Notes: generated by a model from the letters alone, not told the origin. Shown: positions 50,213 to 61,930, counted from the first letter of the whole stretch. The stretch: 63,898 bases of DNA, filler included, from Cercozoa sp. M6MM (GCA_040357565.1; 13 parts of 13 records of this genome joined end to end with filler, not necessarily neighbours in it), one strand, 5' to 3'. A program made the numbers and translations.

Positions 50213-51132
50213 ATGAAAACTTCGTTTTTGAAGGACGAGCTGTACGATGACAATTTCGAAGAGTTTTCGGAGGAGTCTGCTTCTCCGGTAACCCTCAATC
50301 GTTGTCCTCACGTCCTCACTGTGTTTCAATCAGAAACCGCCTTATTTTGCCATTGTTTTGAAGCCACCGAAGAAACGAAGACGAGTCCAAGACAGCGACA
50401 GCGACACTGACAGCGACGACGATGTTCCGCTACCCAAAAAGTTAGTTGTCTTTGCTCTGTTGTGAACTGTCTATCCTGAGAAAGCTCAGGCAACGCGGAC
50501 CGCCAAAGTCGTCATTGAATAGTCTCGTCTCTCCTGTAGAATGCCTTTGAGTGATTTAAAGTGCTTCGTGTGTTTGCTTTACCATATTCTGTGCTGTGTA
50601 GGAGAAGGCACAGGAAGAGGTGATCTGCATCTCATCCAACAGTTGTCCAGGTACAACCTAGTTTGGACTCGATGTTTCTAGTTTCTTAGGTCGGTTCATA
50701 CTAGAATTACCAAAAACACTAGTGCCGAGTGTTCCACGGGTCGACGAGAAACCTGCGTACAGCGTTTCTCTACATGTTGACCTGCAACTTGACTTGTCTG
50801 GTTTGCTGCGCATTTTACAGTGCACCCGCGATTTCGTTCGTCACGCCGGCTGCTGCTGTAATTATCTCAGTGCATACTTGTGCAATCAGAGCCTCGATTT
50901 CTCTCTAAACAGAGAAAAGCGACGAAAATCTCCGACACTGATTTCGCGCCGAGCGATGAGGAAGCTGCGAATGCGGATTCTTGCAGCGATTTTGAGCCGC
51001 CGTCGCCTTCACCGGTGACGAAACGTGCCACTCGCGCACGTGCGCGAAGCCAAAAAACCGGCAGTGCCAAAAAGGCGCGTCCGCGATCACGTGCCAAAAA
51101 ATCTGCGGCTTCTGCTGAGGTACCGTTGCAGC

Positions 51133-51181
<49 letters not shown>

Positions 51182-52582
51182 CCTTTCCTTGATGCAGCAG
51201 TGTTCACATACAGAACAAGCCAACCAACGCTTTTTCGGAGGAGCGAATCACATTTTTGGCTTTTCTTTTGGAGAACAACAAGCCCTACACTGTCACATCG
51301 TTGGCCAAGGCTGCCAAAGGGTAAATTCACAGTTGTCCATGTCGGTTCTTTCTCTCGCATTTCATTTCTGTTTCTGTTGGCGCAAAGTGTATTGAAACGA
51401 GCGTCGGTTTCGCGGCTGTGTGAAGCGCTTTCAGTTGAAGGCACTTTGCGAATGCAGGTATCACAGACAGTAACTTTTGTGTGCTGTTGTTCACTTCTTT
51501 TCTGTGTGGCCAGGAAGTGGGTAAGTCTCGCGTTTACTTTTTGAATCAAAAGAAGCTGTCGTCTATCAAGTACATCTGATGTTTTAGTTGGGCAGGATAG
51601 TGTTTTTTGGAAAGTGCTGTGCGTACAGAGAGGTGGTCGATGCTGCTCAACGTGGCGATACTGACATGCCGCTTGCTCAACAAGTACACCTTCGCTTGAC
51701 TTGACTTGACTTAACTTGACTTGACGCTTGACCTGACTTGATTTGACTTGTGCCAGGTGGCGCAACTCACAGCAGAACAATTCGACGAGAGACGACGCAT
51801 TTTACGATTGAAAGAAGAACTGTCTGCATTGAACAGCTTGTTGGTATCACTCTTGTGTTTTATGTCTTTCCTTTCACGTTTTCTCGCATCTTAATAGCCG
51901 CTGGAGAAGATGCGAGAGTTCTTGCAACGCGTCAAACAACTGCAGCAGCAACAACAACAGCAGTTACGCCAAGTAGAGCTCAAAAAGGTACCTTGCATGG
52001 CTTGTGCGAGACTGTTCACTTTGGTTGTTCACTTTGCTTTGCCGCTGTTTCGAAGAGCAACGAGATCAATCTGTCGGACCAGCAAAAGAAGAAACTACTG
52101 GAACTTCGAATTCGACTCTACGATCACTGGCGACGATCGCGTCAGACTGTACGTGCATCCTTGTTTGTCTTCCAACTGCCAAATCCCTGCTCTCTGTTTA
52201 GGCACGAGAGTGGTGCGCAAACTACCTCGAATACTATGTCGAGTCGCGACAAAAAGTCAACGATTTCATGTGAGCTTGCCTCTCTCCATCTGTGTCAAGA
52301 TTGAAAACATGATTTTTCAACGTGTTTTTGATTTGGTCAGGGATGACCACAGCATCGAACGCGACGATCTGCACCGTGTTGACCTCAAACAGTTTCACGC
52401 GCTTACGCAACAGTGCCGCAAACGCTTTGCCAAGATTATGGTACACAGATGTATTTTCACATGCTGTAAATGCTATTGCAATGCCCGTCGTATCAATTTG
52501 TGCGTCTTAGGCCGGACAACGCGCTGCCGCGGCGAATCGAAAGGCCGAGAAAGACAAAAAGCGAAAGCTCCTTACAGGTTGA
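50213..52582 (+). CDS. HOP2: Hop2 (TBPIP/PSMC3IP) meiotic recombination factor with acidic N-terminal extension
   Basis: Winged helix FLLENNKPYTVTSL...LKRASVSRLCEALSVEG...GQDSVFW, a coiled coil, LSDQQKKKL...YDHWRRSR, and SIERDD. Confidence 0.68.
51695..51750 (+). repeat. intronic (CTTGA)n array upstream of a 3' splice site
   Basis: CTTGACTTGACTTGACTTAACTTGACTTGAC... directly before TGCCAG. Confidence 0.9.
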
Positions 52583-52812
52583 CCAGCCGCACTGTCAGCC
52601 GTGATCGGATCGTCGTGTTGTATAGCTGCTTGCCGTCCGCGTGTGTTATTTGGTTGATTAGAACCGTAAAAAATGAGGACGCTGCCTTTAAAAATTTAAG
52701 GTACCGAACGAAACGTTAACCGACAGACTAAACAACGATGCGCGGGCGATAATTAGTATGTCTGCACGGGTGTCCAGTCCGTTAGCGCAGGACACGAGAA
52801 GCAGAGCTGGCA

Positions 52813-53475
52813 TCACTCCACCTGTGCCGACTCGGCCGACTCGTTGCCCATGTGCTGGTAACTCTCCTGGTAGCTCTCCTCGCGTTCGTGCTGGATCCAG
52901 CGCGACATGCGTGGCAGCAGCGTGTCGATCGAGTAGGCGAGATCGAGCACCTCGGACAGGATGACGTGCGGCACCTTGGCGCCGGCGCTCTGGATGGCTG
53001 TCGGGTCGAGTTTCTCTCGTGCTTGGCTCAACTGCAACAGAGACACGCATACAGAGACATCAGAAGAAAGAAGGGTGGCATACAATGTTGTAGGTCGACT
53101 GCTTGATCGACGAGTCGACCGTGAGATTGTTGCACAAGAACCTGTTTGTGTAGATGTGTGTGTGCATATACCTAGACTGTTTCTGTAAAAGCAGTACATG
53201 ACTTGTTGGCACAGGGGTTTCACGATAAAGATCCTGGCCCTGTTGCGATCAAAGAGAGCGAGGTGCATCTCCTGTTAACACATAAGGAGTAAGGAAAGTT
53301 AGAGACAGAATAGAGGGGATCTAAGGGAAATAGGGTGGGTACCAGCTCAATAAGCGCACGCTTGATCTGCTGATTGCGCGACTCGCGATCGTACTTGATT
53401 AAGCAAATGTGCTTGTCCATACTGAGCAGCACCTTGGTCAGTTTGGACAGCGCCTCATCCTTCGCTTGCATGCTC
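52813..53475 (-). CDS. 3' part of an unknown helical protein
   Basis: Four exons join to ...VILSEVLDLAYSIDTLLPRMSRWIQHEREESYQ...AQVE*. Confidence 0.5.
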
Positions 53476-53603
53476 TAATACACAGGGAATCTTGGGGGGG
53501 GGGNNNNNNNNNNNNNNNNNNNNNNNNNNNNNNNNNNNNNNNNNNNNTTAATTAATTAANNNNNNNNNNNNNNNNNNNNNNNNNNNNNNNNNNNNNNNNN
53601 NNN

Positions 53604-53649
<46 letters not shown>

Positions 53650-53654
53650 AGAAA

Positions 53655-55659
53655 CGCACCGTGCGCAGCACCACGCGACACACGACGAAACAAAACAAAA
53701 ACGCGCCAAAATTCGCCACGACGTTCACCGACGACAGCGCCAAAACTGGGGGGGGGGGGTAAAGGGGGGTAAAGGGGGGTAAGAGAGGGATAAGGGGTTG
53801 GCTACCCAAGCAGACGACGCCGGCGGGCGCACAGGCGATCAGCGACGCGGCGACGAAACCGTCACAGCCACGTGGTCTCAGTGTCGACTCTGACACTGAC
53901 GCCTCAGTCAGCAACGGTTCATTCACGGTGTGATCAGTATCAATGACGGGTTGATCGGTATCAATGACGGTTTGATCGGTATCATCGACCCAGTGATCAC
54001 TGACGGTGCCACTGACAGGGGCCGCAGTGTGCACGTGCGCCAGCAGCACGCGCTCGTCGGCCACGGCGACGAACATGGCCGCCACGACGCCGTAGCACAC
54101 GCTCAGCAGGTCTAGGCCGCCCTGTCCGCGCGGATGCCAATAACAACAACAATCACCAGAAAAACAACAACCATTACCGGAAAAACAGCAACAATAACAA
54201 CAAAAATAACAACCGAGCAACAAAACAACAAAACGACAAAAAACAAGCAACAACAACTGAACAACAAAAAACAACAACTGAACAACAAAAAACAACAAAA
54301 AACAATAACTGAGCAACAAAGACAACAAAAACAAGAACTGAAGAAATGTGAAAAGTCGAAATGAGCGCTACGAAGACGGCCAGGACGAACGCGAGCGCCG
54401 CGCCGAGCGACACCACGAACAGCGCGAGTTCCGTTAGCGTGACCTTAACCAAATGGACCGTACAAACTGTACCACTGAGCCGGTACACATGTGTGCAGTA
54501 CCAGTACAGGCAGTCGCAGCACGAAACGTCGCATCGCCAGAAACTGCAGCAGCGTCGCCGTCGCAGCGAACCACACAAACACCGGCACGTCGTTCTGGGG
54601 GGGGGGGGGGGGTAAGAAAGGAGTAAGAGAGGAGGTTAAGTAGGGAAGTAAACCGTCAAAGTGGCGTGCAACAAGTCATTGTCGCGCATCTGCTCGTGCG
54701 AAAACGTTGCGCGAATTCGCACACCCTCGTCTAAAAAAGGAAGGTAGAAGGTAGGGGTAAAAGGGACACAAGGAAATCAAAGTACCAACAAGCGGCTGCA
54801 GCACGCGTTCGACGTACTGCGAGAATTCCACAAATTCCGGCGTGTTGGCGTCCATCCTGTCGTCCACGCGGATGATGGAAAATACCCACGAAAGTACTAT
54901 AAACAGTACCACTTTTCCACAGTCCGGCGTCGCTCATCGTCGCCGATCGGAAAACCGACATAGTAGGTACTATGTCACATATGCAGTTTGTACTGTCCAT
55001 TTGTACCGTTCATTTGTACCGTCCATATATGGACAGTTCATATGAACAGTCCATATGTACAGATGGTAAATTTACGACTGGTAGTTACCTGCGCAGAGTG
55101 TCGGATTTCGCCAGCTTCAGTCGCGAAGTCGCCGAGCATTTGCTCAAGGCTAACCAAGGGGCAAGAGGGTACAGGAAACAAGGAGTGGGAGAAGGCTAGA
55201 GGGATAAAGCTACCACCCTTGGGCGTGCCGAGACTGCGCGCCACCTGCGACTGCAGATTCAGTTCTGGGGGTATAGGAAGTAATACAGGAGGTATATACA
55301 GAAAGTATGTAGGGGTATAAAAAGTTCATACAGGGTACAAGAGGTACAAAACTGTACCATCAGTGTTGTAGTCAGTGTAGCCAGCCAGACAGACGGTGGA
55401 GCCGCCTTGGAGAAACGCATCGGCACTTAGCGGGTGACCCGGAGGCACCGTCGTTAGTACCTGAGGGTATTATCGGATTAAAAAAGAATACAAATAGATC
55501 AGGTTCAAACAAAGTGACATATGAGAGTGGTGGCAGGGAAAGGAGGTGAGGAAAAGGGTCAATAGAGCTACCGAGTCGATACGACAGCGACCAGAAACTG
55601 AAGCATCCGCACAGACATCTTCGTAGCCTCGACTTCGTACTTTTCGATCGAACTGACAT
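53655..55659 (-). CDS. Patched/Dispatched-like RND protein (sterol-sensing domain), 3'-truncated
   Basis: A luminal region followed by TM helices: DVPVFVWFAATATLLQFL, LALFVVSLGAALAF, AAMFVAVADERVLL (equivalent to GxxxDD), FVAASL...LALSSVNVVANFGAF. Confidence 0.62.
54135..54340. repeat. intronic (ACAACAAAA)-type low-complexity array
   Basis: About 200 nt of A/C repeats (TTG/TTGTT on the sense strand). Confidence 0.85.
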
Positions 55660-55792
55660 TAAACATCTCCAATCAGTCCAGTATCGATTCAAAATGAATC
55701 CAACTCACGTAATACCTCCTCAAGAAGTCGAATGGCCGGCTCAAACTTCAGCAAATCGAACACATCGTCTTCGTTTTCTGCGATCGATCAGT

Positions 55793-56161
55793 TCAGTTCC
55801 AGTTTATCAGCCACTTGACTCTCTCTGAATGACTGACCAGTCTGCGAGACAATGAGAAGCTGCGCTCCACGCCACCACACCTGATCTTGCGGCCACTCTT
55901 GAGCGAACCTGCGAGTGTGGTCAGTCTGGTCATAACAATTCTCGTATTTTCAGTTTGGGTTACCTGTAAAAATGTTGCGCGCTGATGTGTTTCTCGCTCG
56001 ACAGAGTGCGTTCGAAAAAAGCATCTTCGCGTACCAGAGGTATGAATGAATTGCAGAGCCCCAAAACACAAGAAAGTACCGAAAGAGCCGCGAACTCCGG
56101 CCACTATCGAAACAGCAACAAGAACTGCCCCCAAAGCTGCCAGGACGTGTGAACGCTTCAT
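55793..56161 (-). CDS. small hypothetical secreted or membrane-anchored protein
   Basis: MKRSHVLAALGAVLVAVSIVAG signal-like start. Confidence 0.35.
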   Translation of the reverse strand: MKRSHVLAALGAVLVAVSIVAGVRGSFGTFLCFGALQFIHTSGTRRCFFRTHSVERETHQRATFLQVTQTENTRIVMTRLTTLAGSLKSGRKIRCGGVERSFSLSRRLVSHSERVKWLINWN

Positions 56162-56317
56162 TGAAAGCTCAAAGATGTGCCAACAGTAAATGGCGCTGAC
56201 TCACGCACTTTTTAGTGCGATATATGCTCAAAAAACTGCACTTGTCAATGGCAAAAAACGACCAGAACGAAATTGACCACACGACCAACGACGGGCGAAC
56301 TTGGGTGACCGGACTCT

Positions 56318-57319
56318 TTAGTTGTCAAGCAGGCGCGACAGTACTTTGTCGATTCGTTCGACAAGATGGACGGTGATTGAGACGAGAAACGCCTTCAACG
56401 CAATGATCACAGCGGCGGCTTGGGTTGGCTCGCAGCCGTAGCGCCAAGCCCACACGTTTCGCCACACCAGCGACTTTGAGACAGTTTTCGGCACTGCCAA
56501 GAGATCAGCCGACTCTGACAGTATGTGAAGCATCGTGAGTGCCACCACAAGTGTCATGATCACACGCGACACCTGCAGCACTGTCCGCTTCCACTCGCCT
56601 GGAGTCGACAGGATTCCGGTTTCTGTTCAGTTGCTAGTTTCCAGTGTCTTTGTACCTCTAAAGAAACGCCACAGGCTGAAAGCATGCAGTTGCGCGAAAG
56701 CAGGCGAAAGCACGGACGTGAGTGAGTGCTTGTGTTGTTGCAAGTAACCTTCTTGACCAGAGAGCAGTCGCTCGGACACTGGCAACAACAGGGCCAGAAC
56801 TGGGACTAGCACCAGCAAGCGCAGTCTCAAGTTCCTTTAATAAAAGACTGGTAATGTAATGCAGGGCACCAAACTCTGGACGAACTGTAAACTGTACCAG
56901 TTGGCCAGGAAGTGTGCCACCACACCAATTGAAACGAGAGCGACTGAAGTCGCCACTGAGGACGGAAGTGCCGAGTGAAAAAACTGTACGTTGCGCAGAC
57001 TGCTGGTGTCCCAAGTCAGGACGCTTTCAAACACGGTGTCGATGTTCACATTGGCGTGCAAGTTGCTCAGCGTGCTGCCCAGTTGGTTCAGTGTTGTTTC
57101 CGACAGCCAAGGCGACACCAAAGGTACCAGCACTGCTAAAGGCAGTGCTAGAGAGGCTCGCAAGGCAGGGATTCTGAAAGGACAGTACTTTGAATAGATA
57201 GCAGAGAAAGGAAGGCCACGATACAGAGCGAAGTGTTCGAAGTTGGCAATCAGGTTGCACACCAAAGTGGTCAAGGCGAGTGCGACACCTCCGCCCGCCG
57301 TTGCAATCACTGCTGACAT
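56318..57319 (-). CDS. hypothetical multi-pass membrane protein
   Basis: Several hydrophobic exons (GGGVALALTTLVCNLIANF, VALVSIGVVAHFL, VIMTLVVALTMLHIL). Confidence 0.5.
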
Positions 57320-57565
57320 CGTAAGCCGTGAGTTTAGAGACTTTCAAGCGACTTAAAAGTGCACATACGGCAGCTTCGAAGCAGACATGACGTGCCGCCA
57401 AATTAAACTTTAAATGCAACTGAACTCAGGCTGAACTGAACAAACAGTCAGCGACCTTCAAACATATTTGATTGAACTGATTAACCGTGTATTTCGCAAC
57501 TATTCGCTCAAAGCAACACAGTGCCTTCATTTAGTTGAGCCTCGGAACAAAGAAGTTTCCTTGAT

Positions 57566-58488
57566 TTACTCTGTCTTGAGCGCCTCATCGTCGTTGTCGA
57601 CAGCGACGGTTTTGGCGCGCTTGGCAGGCGGCTCAACGATACCTTCTTCCTCAGCAGACTCGTCGTTGTTGTCGGCCTTCTCGGCATCAGGAACTTCGAC
57701 CTCCGCGAACTCGTCTTTTGCCTAGAAATCACAGTGAGTTGAGTGTGAGTGAGTTGCTTTAAGTTGAGTTGAGTTGAGTTCAACTGCTTTGCGTCGTACC
57801 ACGGGACGTGCGCGCTTGGGGCCCGGAGTGCCAGGCAGTTCGGCGCTCTCCATGACGAATTCACCGGCCGGCATAGTCTTCTTCTCCTTGACTGAAGGAA
57901 CAAACCAACTTTGATTTAGACTGGAAAGCGAGAAACCTGAGGTAAAGAGAGCACAAGCTTACTGCAGCCGCGCAGCCAGCCCATCTTGAGAAGCGGCGTC
58001 TCGCCAATCTTGGCGAGAGCGTTGCGAGTGACCGAAGTCACCGGCCCGCCAATGTAGACGACGTGCGTGGCCTCACTGGCTGCCTTCTGAATTTTGTAGG
58101 TCGCGCTCCTTTTAACATTTCACACACATCGAAGTTGAGTTCAGTTGCTTTGATTGCTGTGGGTAGAGCTGAATTAAGATTTACGGCTTCAGGAAGACGG
58201 CGTTCTCCCACATCTGCGGCTCCCACTCGTCGTACTTGGCCTTCTTGCCGGCACCAATCAGAAGAATCTTGGTCTCTGCGAGTGCAGACCACGATGACAA
58301 CGTTTTTGTCACAAACTGACACTTGAAGCAAAAAAGCAAAGTCCGAATTCGCAAAGCACACGCCACATGGGCACACCCGCCCTGGGATGAAGCCCAAACA
58401 AACGAATCAGGGCCGCATCGCTATCACAGCGCTCCTCGCACCCTTCAACGCCAACCAACAAGCTTGTTCAGTCGAGGAATTTACCCAT
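57566..58488 (-). CDS. small BRCT-domain protein with acidic tail and NLS
   Basis: EATHVV...KIGETPLLKMGWLRGC (BRCT THVV and WL..C motifs), tail EPPAKRAK. Confidence 0.6.
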
Positions 58489-58894
58489 GGTCGTTGCTCT
58501 TGTAGCTGCAAAGACGAGTCGTCTGGGATTGCACAATGAGTTCTAGATGCCACTGCTTCTCCAACAGTCGCGAACAATAGCAGTGTTTGGCGAATTTGGC
58601 GAAATACTGCATCGACTCAGGGTAGCGAAGTCTGTCGGCTCACGAACCGAAAGAGTGATCGGTGACTGATCGCTCGTTGCAACCGTCGCATCACTTGTGT
58701 CAGCAGTCTGCTCAGGGTCATGTGACCAGTGTTGCTCATTATTGACCTGCCTGCTCGGTTGTGACTGAGTACGAAGATTCCTCCGACTCACGACTGCCGT
58801 TATCACACTCACAGCTCACACTTCTTTGTTTTTGACTTCTCTCTTCACGTCTCACGTCTCTGTTACAAGCACCCACTTGAACCCTGTCGGCATC

Positions 58895-59795
58895 ATGTCG
58901 AAGCTCGTCAACGTTCTGCATGTTCGCGCCTCGCCTCGCGATGAGGTCCCCCTTTTGGTTTGTTTGACTGTATCTGGACTAAACGTGTCGTTCCTGGGTA
59001 GGCGCACGGCTCTCTGTCGCGCAAGCTGGGCAATGCCTTCTTCTCCAAGCTGAATGCCGAGGCTGCGGCCAAGGGCACCGAGGTCGTCACCGTCATTCGT
59101 GACCGTAAGTTGAAAACTCAACCCTTTTGGATTGGTGAGATGCACGTGTGTGTGCGAGCAGTTACCAGCTTCCAGCTGCCGCATCTGACGCAGGAGTACG
59201 CCGAGAAGGGCTTGTAAGTTTACTCAATAATTAGGGTTGAACTGGAAACAACTTATCTGTTTCTGTGCTTGACTGACTGGGTAGCGCGTTTGCCCCTGCG
59301 ATGGACATCTCGAGCGAGCTGTCCAATGAGCTAAAGGCGGCTGATATTGTCGTTCTCGAGACACCTGTGCACAACTGGGCTCCCCCGTACCTTCCACTTT
59401 ACTTTCTTCACAGTCTTTTCCTGTAAATTTATGTGTCTTGTGAGACAGTGCTGCACTCAAGTTGTGGTATGACCTGACTCTGACGGTCGGCGTCGCTTTC
59501 GAGTACACTGCCGACGGTCCGCGCGGAATGTTGGGGGACAAGAAATTCATCGTGTTACAGGCTTCTGGTGGTACAATAAACCGCCCACCTGGACATTCAA
59601 GTACTCAACTGGGTGAATTTAGGTACACCGGTGGACGCGCCGAACAACTTTTTCTCGCAGCACCTCGACTTCCTGGTGGGCAGTGTCTGCGGCGGTGACA
59701 TTGTGGCCAACATTGGCGTCACCGGCAAGGCCGCCGAGGACGACTTTGCCGCCGCTGACAAGTCCTTCGACGACGTGCTTGACAAGCTGTTGTAG
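58895..59795 (+). CDS. azoR: FMN-dependent NADH azoreductase / quinone reductase (flavodoxin-2)
   Basis: VLHVRASPR..GSLSRKL, RD|LPHL, ELKAADIVVLETPVHNWAPP|AALKLWYD, GVAFEYTADGPRGML.DKK..VLQASG|G. Five to six GT-AG introns. Confidence 0.92.
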
Positions 59796-60195
59796 ACTTC
59801 AGTTCACACCGTCAGGCAATGACAGTAAAACCAGTCCTCGCCTGGGGCTTCGCTAAGTCACTCTTCCGGCCAATTATCTCCGAAGTCCAATTGTCCCACA
59901 CCCACTGTAATGAGCCAGCGGCAAACAACTAAACTGTTATAGAAGCAACCTCCAATAAAGCACAATCAAAGACAAACTGGCCGACCTTGAGAACCGAGAA
60001 AAAACAATCAGCCTCTCAGCAGGCACTGGACCAAGAAGTCTGGGGAACGTCAAAAGAGGAGTTCCTCCTAAAGCGGGCGGTAGCCACGACCGTACTCTTA
60101 TGAACCACCCCGGACTGATGCAGGGGAACGACTGAGTTGGTTTCCTATAAGACTCAACTAACTAACTATGATTCCTGCGCCATCCCGTCCATCGC

Positions 60196-60542
60196 TCAGC
60201 TCATCGTATTGCACGCACTAGTAGTCCAACACGATGCTGCCAAGCTTGCCGTGGCACCACGTAATGTGCTGAAGTGACATACAATGTACAGGTCGCACGT
60301 CTTTACCCATAAACAAACACAGGAGAAAGACAAAACTACCGGGGGAAGCTTCGACAGATCGCCTTGACACACGACTCGCGTGGCACGCACCTGCAGCAAT
60401 GAATGGGACTTATGTGCATACAAAATGGAGAACGATATTACAGCAATGTCTGGCAGGAGCGCGTACAAACGTTCGCCAGGACACGAGGTGCTCTTCCAGT
60501 CGCGATGGCCGTACACGTGCAGTTTCACATCGCGTGCACCTG
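60196..60542 (-). CDS. PGRP/N-acetylmuramoyl-L-alanine amidase (Amidase_2) C-terminal part
   Basis: VYGHRDWKSTSCPGERLYALLPDI, matching the GHRD...T.CPG..LY signature with the Zn-ligand His and Cys. Introns present. Confidence 0.8.
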
Positions 60543-60689
60543 GGAAACAAAAAGTAACACACACAGAGNNNNNNNNNNNNNNNNNNNNNNNNNNNNNNNN
60601 NNNNNNNNNNNNTTAATTAATTAANNNNNNNNNNNNNNNNNNNNNNNNNNNNNNNNNNNNNNNNNNNNCCCCCGTTGCGGGGAATGCAG

Positions 60690-61930
60690 GCGCTGGAGTC
60701 GCTGTCGAAGGAGACGCAGACGCCGCCGTTGTTTTTCCGAACGATGCTGCAGGCGGCGCGACGCTGGGACATCCTGCGCCGTCCCTTCGTCCCGATCCTT
60801 AGCACACTGGTACACATGGACCGAAGGGGACCTCTGTGTGTACACATGGCCTGTACACATGGACTGTATTGTACATATGGACGGTATATTCAGACCGGAC
60901 GAAAGACGGGCCGCGAGGCACTCTGGGAGAACGAGGTGCGCTGGCAGGGCTGGCTACACTGCGTTCTCATGCTGGTACCGTCCAAATGGATTGTCCAGAT
61001 GGACCGTACGTATGGACCGTCCGGATGGACCGCACGTGTACATATGGACTGGTCTGGTGTTGGGGACAGAAGCCCGACTCGCTGCGTGTGCTGCTGAAAC
61101 TGCCGGCCACGGCGCTGCGCGACGCGTGGCACCGGTTTTACCCCTCTGCCCCCTTACCCCCCTCTGCCCCCTTACCCCCCCCCCCATGTGAGCAGGTGTG
61201 ATGACGAGTCGAGACGAGCGCTGCGTCGCTTCGCGCGACAAGTGCCGACGGCTGTGCGCAGGGTGCGTTTAACCTCCCCCCCCCCCACACCCTCTACCCC
61301 ACACTTTACCCTGCGCGTGTAGAAGGGAGGCGGCCAGATGATTCAGGTGTTGCGCGACATGGAACGCGCACGTCTCGCCGGCGACAGTGACCGTGTGTTT
61401 TNNNNNNNNNNNNNNNNNNNNNNNNNNNNNNNNNNNNNNNNNNNNNNNNNNNNNNNNNNNNNNNNNNNNNNNNNNNNNNNNNNNNNNNNNNNNNNNNNNN
61501 NCGCACGTCTCGCCGGCGACAGTGACCGTGTGTTTAACCCCCCCCCCGGGCACACACCGTTCCTTACCCCCCCCCCCTTGATGCTTGAGCAGGCTCACGC
61601 AGCGACAGGCAGCGCGTGCGTCTGCTGGAGGAAGGCATCGTGACGGATCATTCCACGGCCACGCGCAACAGCAAGCAGGCCGTGCACAACGTCGCCATGC
61701 TACGCTTCCACACTGGCTACAATCCCAACGTTGAACGTGCTTCCGCGCGGAAGGAGGCGCGGAAGCAATCTGCCTCCTCTGTCTCCTCCAAAAAACACGA
61801 CTCCAAAAAGCACGAGCGAGACCGCAGTCGCTCCGAACGAACGCCGCGAGGCGAACGCAGTCACGTTGAACGTGTTCCGCCACCGTTGCCGCCGCGAGAA
61901 CGCACAGATCGCGACCGCGAGCGACGTTAA
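60690..61930 (+). CDS. SYMPK: symplekin C-terminal domain, 5'-truncated
   Basis: TPPLFFRTMLQA...ILSTL|...LWENEVRWQGWLHC...|KPDSLRVLLKLP, then an RS/RD-rich tail. Confidence 0.85.

Noticed and set aside
54134-54578. Hydrophobic and Q/K/N-rich ORFs, and the many CVCVCV, HTHTHT and poly-Pro ORFs
   Set aside because: Translations of intronic microsatellites.
61366-61535. Direct repeat CGCACGTCTCGCCGGCGACAGTGACCGTGTGTTT either side of a 100-N gap
   Set aside because: Typical unmerged scaffold overlap.
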